From contig JBNAVT010000045.1 of NCBI GenBank assembly GCA_049700215.1, forward strand, positions 1 to 11,014: a stretch of DNA of 11,014 bases, read 5' to 3'. This DNA is from Thermoproteota archaeon. Lineage in GTDB: Archaea > Thermoproteota > EX4484-205 > JAAOZP01. The first letter of the stretch is position 1. Every line of letters begins with the position of its first letter. Under the pieces are notes generated by a model. That model saw only the letters and a list, made by a program, of their open reading frames with translations. It searched no databases and was not told where the DNA came from. The position numbers and the translations under genes are program-made. This document shows, piece by piece, positions 5,835 through 11,014 of this stretch.

Positions 5835-6470
5835 GTGAAGCGTGCGAGGCTCCTGAGAGACCTTGGAAAGATCGTTTCAGACGTGAAGGTTAGGGGGACG
5901 GTTTTGAAAAGGCTTAGAGAGTTTGAAGAGGCAAGGGCTAGCAGAGAGAGGGTTTTCAGCGAGCTCTGCTTCTGCATTCTCACGGCAAATTGTTCCGCAG
6001 AGGGGGGTCTCAGGGTTCAGGGGGAAATCGGGGAAGGGTTCTTAAAGCTGAGCAGGATTGAGTTGAGCAGGAGGCTTAGGAGCCTAGGGTACAGGTATCC
6101 CAGGACTAGGGCGAAATACATAGCTGAGGCTAGGAAACTCTGCGAAGAAGTTTGGAGAATCGTTAACGAGGAGGATGACCCTGCCCAAGTGAGGAGATGG
6201 CTTGCAGACAATGTTCCCGGGATAGGCTTCAAGGAGGCGAGCCACTTCTTGAGAAACATAGGCTTTAGGAACCTCGCCATAATAGACAAGCATGTCCTAA
6301 GGGTTCTCCACAGGTACGGCTATATAGAGAGCATTCCTAAAACACTTTCCAGAACCAGGTACCTAGAGATAGAGAGGATTCTTTCCAGGATAGCTGGGGA
6401 GCTGAATGTCTCGCTGGCGGAGCTGGACCTCTACCTTTGGTACATGGATACTGGAAGAGTATTAAAGTAG
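5835..6470 (+). CDS. ogg: 8-oxoguanine DNA glycosylase/AP lyase, archaeal Ogg2 type (211 aa)
   Basis: ELCFCILTAN, HhH GIGFKEASHFLRNIG, AIIDKHVLR, and C-terminal LDLYLWYMDTGRVLK ending in the Ogg2 terminal Lys. Start corrected from 5193 to the in-frame GTG 5835. Confidence 0.93.
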   Translation: MKRARLLRDLGKIVSDVKVRGTVLKRLREFEEARASRERVFSELCFCILTANCSAEGGLRVQGEIGEGFLKLSRIELSRRLRSLGYRYPRTRAKYIAEARKLCEEVWRIVNEEDDPAQVRRWLADNVPGIGFKEASHFLRNIGFRNLAIIDKHVLRVLHRYGYIESIPKTLSRTRYLEIERILSRIAGELNVSLAELDLYLWYMDTGRVLK

Positions 6471-6554
6471 AAGCGGATTATCACGCTGTGATCGCCTAAG
6501 CCTCGATCCAGCTTAAAACCAGTGGGGAAGCTTCATACATGGTTACGGTAAGCG

Positions 6555-7787
6555 TTAAACAAGTTCAACAATGTATTCCCTGCCACGCTTTATTTTCCTG
6601 ATCACCCCTTTCCTCTGAAGCTCGTTTAAAACAATCGAGGTCTTCGACTTAGAAAACTTGGCTGCGTCCTTAATCTGGGACTGCGTCAGCCTCCCGCCAG
6701 CCTCCCTGAGAAGCTTTATCACGAGATCCTCGTCTGAAAGCATCTGCATATCAGGGGGTTTAAGCCTTCTCCCACGAGAATAGTGTAACAGTATTATGGC
6801 TAGGAGCACTACCGGCGGAGCCAGGAGAGCCAAGTATAATGCTGGGGAGAGGTTCTCACTCTGGGTTTCTCCCCCGCTCTCCTCATAAACCGAGAGTTGG
6901 AGCTGCTGCGGGTCTTGGCTGAACCTGTACGGTGAGTCGGAAGGCAGGCGTAGAGAAACCCTCCAGTCCCCGGCAATATTCGTGTTTAAAACATCCGAGA
7001 AAACCCCGTTTTCCCCGGCATTAACCTCCCTGATTGTTTCAGAACCCTGAGGGTTCAAGTAGACAACCCGGAGTGTGAGGCCGGGGACTGGCGGACTGAT
7101 TCTTCCATGAATGCTTATCGGAGAGCCTTTCCTAACCATGGTGCTATCCAGAGAGAATTCCTCAACCCTTATAATCCTGCTTTCGAAAACAAGCCTTGGC
7201 TCCCCGTCTGCGAAATCCATCCTGCCAACCCAGGCTACTCTTAAAAAGTCTTCGCGTGACGCCCTTGGGCTTGCAAGCTTAAGGAAATAATCTTGGTCCA
7301 GCTCCGAGTAGTCTATCTCAAGCATCTCATCAGTGAAAAGGTAGAATCCTCCTTCAAAAACGTCTCCAACCTCAATGCTGTCCGGAGTTTTAAGGCTGAA
7401 GTTAACCCATTTAAACCTGTACTGGATAACCCCCAGCTGCTTCAATATTCCTGCCACGTCGATCTTGAGGCTGAAGTTTTCAGCAGCCATGGGCCTCCCC
7501 GTTAAGGATGCTGCCTTGCTAACGATGCTGCTTATGGTTGATTCGAAGCCCGAGATTAGAGCATCCTCGTCAGCACTATCCTTGAACAGTTTGAAACTAT
7601 CCAGCTCCTCCTGCGTATCAAGCGTGGTGGAGAGCTCAACAACCCATGTTGCTGAAGAATCCTTGTGCAGAATTATCCTGTAGGTTGTTTGAAACTCGAA
7701 CTCTCCCTCAGCCAGTGGAACCAGTCTGGAAAGTGTAACTAGGATGACTGCCAGTAGGGCTCCTGCAACGGCTTTGCGAAGCGTCAT
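6555..7787 (-). CDS. Membrane-anchored protein: signal peptide, extracellular beta domains, one TM helix, cytoplasmic winged HTH (COG2512-like putative transmembrane transcription regulator)
   Basis: N-terminal signal MTLRKAVAGALLAVILVTLSRLVPLA, Ig-like segment IHGRISPPVPG...GDWRVSL, TM helix LYLALLAPPVVLLAIILL, and C-terminal LSDEDLVIKLLREAGGRLTQSQIKDAAKFSKSKTSIVLNELQRKGVIRKIKRGREYIVEL. Confidence 0.85.
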   Translation of the reverse strand: MTLRKAVAGALLAVILVTLSRLVPLAEGEFEFQTTYRIILHKDSSATWVVELSTTLDTQEELDSFKLFKDSADEDALISGFESTISSIVSKAASLTGRPMAAENFSLKIDVAGILKQLGVIQYRFKWVNFSLKTPDSIEVGDVFEGGFYLFTDEMLEIDYSELDQDYFLKLASPRASREDFLRVAWVGRMDFADGEPRLVFESRIIRVEEFSLDSTMVRKGSPISIHGRISPPVPGLTLRVVYLNPQGSETIREVNAGENGVFSDVLNTNIAGDWRVSLRLPSDSPYRFSQDPQQLQLSVYEESGGETQSENLSPALYLALLAPPVVLLAIILLHYSRGRRLKPPDMQMLSDEDLVIKLLREAGGRLTQSQIKDAAKFSKSKTSIVLNELQRKGVIRKIKRGREYIVELV

Positions 7788-7809
7788 GGGTGAAAAAAAT
7801 TAGAGGAAG

Positions 7810-7820
7810 TATAAAAGTTT
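7810..7820 (-). promoter_or_regulatory. BRE/TATA AAACTTTTATA for the membrane HTH gene (leaderless)
   Basis: TTTTATA 7816-7810 lies 23 nt from ATG 7787. The same 10-mer ATAAAAGTTT occurs at 1992-2001 and 8596-8605. Confidence 0.55.
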
Positions 7821-7863
7821 GCAAAAAGATTACTTTTTACAGACAGATTTAAAAGGCTACTTT

Positions 7864-8514
7864 CTAACCCTTATTCTTGCCTTTGCCCTTAGCCTGCTTC
7901 TGCTCCTCAACCCTAGCCTTTATCTCAGCCTTCTTCTCCTCTTGCAGAGCCTTCTTCTCATCCCTGAACGCGTGGTTAGCCTCCACGATCCTTCTAGCGA
8001 GCTCCTTATTGGTCTCAGGAATATTCTCCTGCAGCGCTTTCAGAGCCTCCTTCTCCACCCCCTCCAGTTGCCTCAGCCGGGTTCTAATCTCAAGCCTCAG
8101 CCTGTTCATCTCCATTATGTATTCTCCCTGAGTTATTTCCCCGTTCCTCAGCCTCTCCTCCAGCCTCTCCATCTCCTGCTCCATTAACGTAACAGTCTCC
8201 ATCACGGAATCCTGTTCACTACCCAGCTCGGAAAGCCGTTCCCCCCAGGTTTCGCACAGCATCATTTTCCTCTCAAGCCTGATTTCTAGAAGCTTCTCCC
8301 TATGCTGTTGAGCAAGATCCTGTATTTGAGCCGACAGGCTTTTGCCCAGATAGGGAGGGAGAGTTTCATCCTCACCCGTCTCCTCATCGCCAGCAACCCT
8401 TGAGATGAGTATTGTTGAAACCGTGGCTACAGTAAGCATTACTAAGGCTGATGCAACCATTATTCTCCAGTATTTAGACTGCATGCTTCCTCTCATTTTC
8501 TCCGGAATATTCAT
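7864..8514 (-). CDS. Exported or membrane-anchored coiled-coil protein
   Basis: Hydrophobic N-terminal segment IMVASALVMLTVATVSTILISRVAG followed by long E/K/R/Q-rich helices containing RLRNGEITQGEY. ATG 8484, preceded by GAGAGGAAGC, is an alternative start. Confidence 0.82.
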   Translation of the reverse strand: MNIPEKMRGSMQSKYWRIMVASALVMLTVATVSTILISRVAGDEETGEDETLPPYLGKSLSAQIQDLAQQHREKLLEIRLERKMMLCETWGERLSELGSEQDSVMETVTLMEQEMERLEERLRNGEITQGEYIMEMNRLRLEIRTRLRQLEGVEKEALKALQENIPETNKELARRIVEANHAFRDEKKALQEEKKAEIKARVEEQKQAKGKGKNKG

Positions 8515-8715
8515 GAATAAGGCCTCTATTAAGCGTTTTTCAGTTTTTTATCATGAAATGACTGAGAAACAGTTTATTTCAGTTAAAAAAGGTTCATAAA
8601 AGTTTTAAATCCTGTTGGGGCTTGGAAAAATGCTCTATTTTAAAAAATTGCTTAGTTATCATCTCTATTGCAAAAATATTAGATTGGGGACGTCGAAAAC
8701 GCGTTAAGGCTCGCT

Positions 8716-9696
8716 CTAGGCGGCTCCGTAAAGCTGCTTGTGGAGCTCCAACAGCGACCTAACCCTCTTAACAACGTTCGGATGAGTGCTAAGGATTTCA
8801 ACCAGGCTCTCAGCGGGCGAGACCTCTCTGGAGGCGAACTCCTCTAGAGCACGGACATCGTATATTCCCCTGAAGGCTCTTGCCCCAACCGTGGACTCTG
8901 GGTCGGCTATGAGGAGGGCTCTGAAGGAGGAGTAGCTGCTCATCGAAGCCTTAACATTCTTGGGTGCTCTAGCATTCATGTCAGATATTTTAACGAGCGC
9001 GCTTGCAAGGCTTAGAGGCCCGCCTGGCGAGACTGTGGAGCCATGGTAGTCAGCGTAGTACTCCCTGCTCCTGCTGAAGCCCATTATTAGGAGGGTTAGA
9101 ACATAGTATATCATCATTCCAAGCATCCCTATAAGCAGAAGGGCCCCGCCGTCCCCCCTGTCCCTCCTTGAGCCAGAATAGACGCCGGAATAGTAGAGCG
9201 ACATTGCCATCCAGTAGACTAACGCTGGGAGCACGGACAGGAACATCATTATCTGCACATCCCTGTGCTTAAGGTGTCCGAGCTCGTGTCCTAAAACAGC
9301 CTCAACCTCGGAAACGCTCAGACTGTTCAGGAGTCCTCTTGTTACAGCCACCCTGGGCCCTGTTAACGGGCTGCCGTAGGCGAAAGCATTGGGCAACGGG
9401 ATTTCTGAAACCATTATTTTCGGAGAGTTCTTAAGACCGCTTTTCTCGGCGAGCATTCTGACGCTCTCCTCCAGCCATGGGAGCTCGCCCTGGTTCAGCG
9501 GTCTAACCCTGTAGGCAGCGTCAATAATATAGGGGCCTATTAACCATTGGAACAGGTTTAGCCCGATTACGATCGGGAGAAGCATCAGCATGTCCACCCC
9601 AATCATGAAGAGGATAAGGGCTAAGAAGCCTGTGGTTACAGCGATAACTATCATCATCGTAGTAATCATATTTAACCTCAGTTTCCAGAGTTGCAT
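8716..9696 (-). CDS. htpX: Zinc metalloprotease HtpX (peptidase M48)
   Basis: PNAFAYG, VAVTRGLL, EAVLGHELGHLKHRD (HExxH), SRSREYYAD, STHP and four TM segments. SD GGAGGTGAT at 9710-9702. Confidence 0.95.
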   Translation of the reverse strand: MQLWKLRLNMITTMMIVIAVTTGFLALILFMIGVDMLMLLPIVIGLNLFQWLIGPYIIDAAYRVRPLNQGELPWLEESVRMLAEKSGLKNSPKIMVSEIPLPNAFAYGSPLTGPRVAVTRGLLNSLSVSEVEAVLGHELGHLKHRDVQIMMFLSVLPALVYWMAMSLYYSGVYSGSRRDRGDGGALLLIGMLGMMIYYVLTLLIMGFSRSREYYADYHGSTVSPGGPLSLASALVKISDMNARAPKNVKASMSSYSSFRALLIADPESTVGARAFRGIYDVRALEEFASREVSPAESLVEILSTHPNVVKRVRSLLELHKQLYGAA

Positions 9697-9734
9697 TGAT
9701 TATCACCTCCTTTTGCCAATTTCCATAAGGAAGG

Positions 9735-9786
9735 ATATAAGTTTTACGCGAAAACTCTTGACGCTGAGCCTCCGGCAAGCTTATTA
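9735..9786. promoter_or_regulatory. Divergent promoter region of htpX and purB
   Basis: Minus strand AAAACTTATAT (TTATAT 9740-9735) is about 25 nt from the htpX SD. Plus strand AAGCTTATTA (TTATTA 9781-9786) is 24 nt from purB ATG 9810. Confidence 0.5.
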
Positions 9787-9809
9787 GACTTGCGTAGTGC
9801 TGCTATTAC

Positions 9810-11014
9810 ATGCCTGTCTGCCCTATTGACACAGGTAGGTACGGGTCCCCGGAGATGAGGAGGGTCTTCGAGGAGGAGAACAGGTTGCAGACAATGCTAA
9901 ACGTGGAAGCGGCTCTGGCTGAAGCACTGGCTGAAGTGGGTGAAATACCGGTTGAGGCTGCTTCAACCATAAGGAGCAGGGCTTCTTCGAAAACCATCAC
10001 GGTGGAGAGGGTTAAGGAGAGGGAGAAGGTTACTAGGCACGACATTGCTGCCATGGTTGAGATCCTTTCAGAGGAGTGTGGAGAACACGGCGAGTATGTC
10101 CACTGGGGGGTTACGAGCAACGATATAACGGATACTGCTCTAGCGTTGCAGCTTAAGGATGCTTTAAACATAATCAAGAAGAGGCTGGCGGCCCTTATAG
10201 AAATCCTCTGCGAAAAGTCTGAGGAGTATGCGGAGCTGGTTATGCCCGGCAGGACGCATGGTCAGCACGCTGTGCCGATAACACTCGGGTTCAAGCTAGC
10301 CGTTTATGCTGCTGAACTGGCTAGGAGCTACGAGAGGATGCTTCAACTCTCTAAGAGGGTCCTGGTTGGGAAGATAGGTGGGGCGGTCGGCACTATGGCG
10401 GCGCTCGGACCAAAGGCGCTTATTATAGAGGAGAAGACTATGCGCAGACTAGGCTTGGAACCGGTTGAAATAGCTACGCAGGTTGTTTGCAGAGACAGGC
10501 TGGCTGAGCTCGCCTGCTGGGCGGCCCTGCTGGGCTCAAGCCTAGACAGGCTTGCCGTCGAAATAAGGAACCTGCAGAGGACTGAGATAATGGAGGTTGC
10601 AGAGGGTTTCGGCGAGGAGCAGCGTGGAAGCAGCACGATGCCGCAGAAGCAGAACCCTGTTGACAGCGAGAAAGTATCCGGCTTAGCTAAGGTTCTAAGG
10701 GGGCTCGTAACACCTGCTTTAGAAAACATTCCGCTCTGGCATGAGAGAGACCTCTCCAACTCCAGCAGCGAGAGATTCATCATTCCGCTGTCCATGGTGA
10801 TACTTGACGAGATGCTCATGACTATGCAGAGTGTTTTAACAAGCCTGAGGGTCTACCCTGAGCATATGGCTAGAAACCTGGAGATAACCAGAGGCCGGAT
10901 TATGAGTGAAGCCGTCATGATGAAGCTTGCTAGGAAAGGCATGGGTAGAAAGAGGGCTTACGAGCTTATGAGAAGACTATCCAGGAAGGCGTTTATGGAG
11001 AATAGGAGCCTGCT
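9810..11014 (+). CDS. purB: Adenylosuccinate lyase (3' end truncated by the window edge)
   Basis: Hand translation: MPVCPIDTGRYGSPEMRRVF..., TRHDIAA, YVHWGVTSNDITDTA, GRTHGQHAVPITLG, GGAVGT, signature GSSTMPQKQNP and WHERDLSNSSSER. Absent from the ORF track because there is no stop in the window. Confidence 0.96.
   Translation, partial: MPVCPIDTGRYGSPEMRRVFEEENRLQTMLNVEAALAEALAEVGEIPVEAASTIRSRASSKTITVERVKEREKVTRHDIAAMVEILSEECGEHGEYVHWGVTSNDITDTALALQLKDALNIIKKRLAALIEILCEKSEEYAELVMPGRTHGQHAVPITLGFKLAVYAAELARSYERMLQLSKRVLVGKIGGAVGTMAALGPKALIIEEKTMRRLGLEPVEIATQVVCRDRLAELACWAALLGSSLDRLAVEIRNLQRTEIMEVAEGFGEEQRGSSTMPQKQNPVDSEKVSGLAKVLRGLVTPALENIPLWHERDLSNSSSERFIIPLSMVILDEMLMTMQSVLTSLRVYPEHMARNLEITRGRIMSEAVMMKLARKGMGRKRAYELMRRLSRKAFMENRSL

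Noticed and set aside
6471-6554. Small hairpin ATCAC-GCT-GTGAT (6480-6492) between the convergent ogg and wHTH genes
   Set aside because: The stem is only 5 bp with no recognisable RNA motif, which is compatible with chance.
302-9787. Remaining short track ORFs overlapping the called genes (for example 302..529, 560..862, 2852..3058, 3696..4016, 4365..5224 group, 7819..8187, 9521..9778)
   Set aside because: They are antisense or alternate-frame overlaps of well-supported genes, with no motifs or initiation signals.
9806-10819. Minus-strand ORFs 9806..10177 and 10343..10819
   Set aside because: They are antisense shadows of purB.
1-11014. CRISPR array, tRNA/rRNA, transposase or integrase
   Set aside because: By eye I found no regularly spaced repeats, cloverleaf or rRNA signatures, and no DDE or tyrosine-recombinase motifs.

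Overview
Archaeal chromosomal window. The taxonomy is inferred from GGAGGTGA/GGTGA Shine-Dalgarno motifs, BRE/TATA promoters about 25 nt before apparently leaderless starts, and archaeal-type Ogg and aKMT; it is probably a Thermoproteota-related lineage. Bases 1 to about 1830 form an AT-rich accessory island on the minus strand. It holds a signal-peptide-bearing exported protein gene split in two exactly at a (GC)5 microsatellite (removing one GC unit fuses the halves into 293 aa), a translationally coupled multi-TM membrane protein, and a possible ADP-ribosylglycohydrolase relic. The island is strongly enriched in the palindrome GCGCGCGC. The remainder is higher-GC core genome: an unannotated 43-aa Arg/Lys-rich ORF, endonuclease III, an aKMT-like protein-lysine methyltransferase, DUF72 with a decayed DUF72 relic upstream, NAD(P)HX repair enzyme Nnr, 8-oxoguanine glycosylase Ogg, a membrane-anchored winged-HTH protein, an exported coiled-coil protein, HtpX, and the 5' part of purB (missed by the ORF track because it runs off the end). 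No rRNA, tRNA, CRISPR array or transposase was seen.
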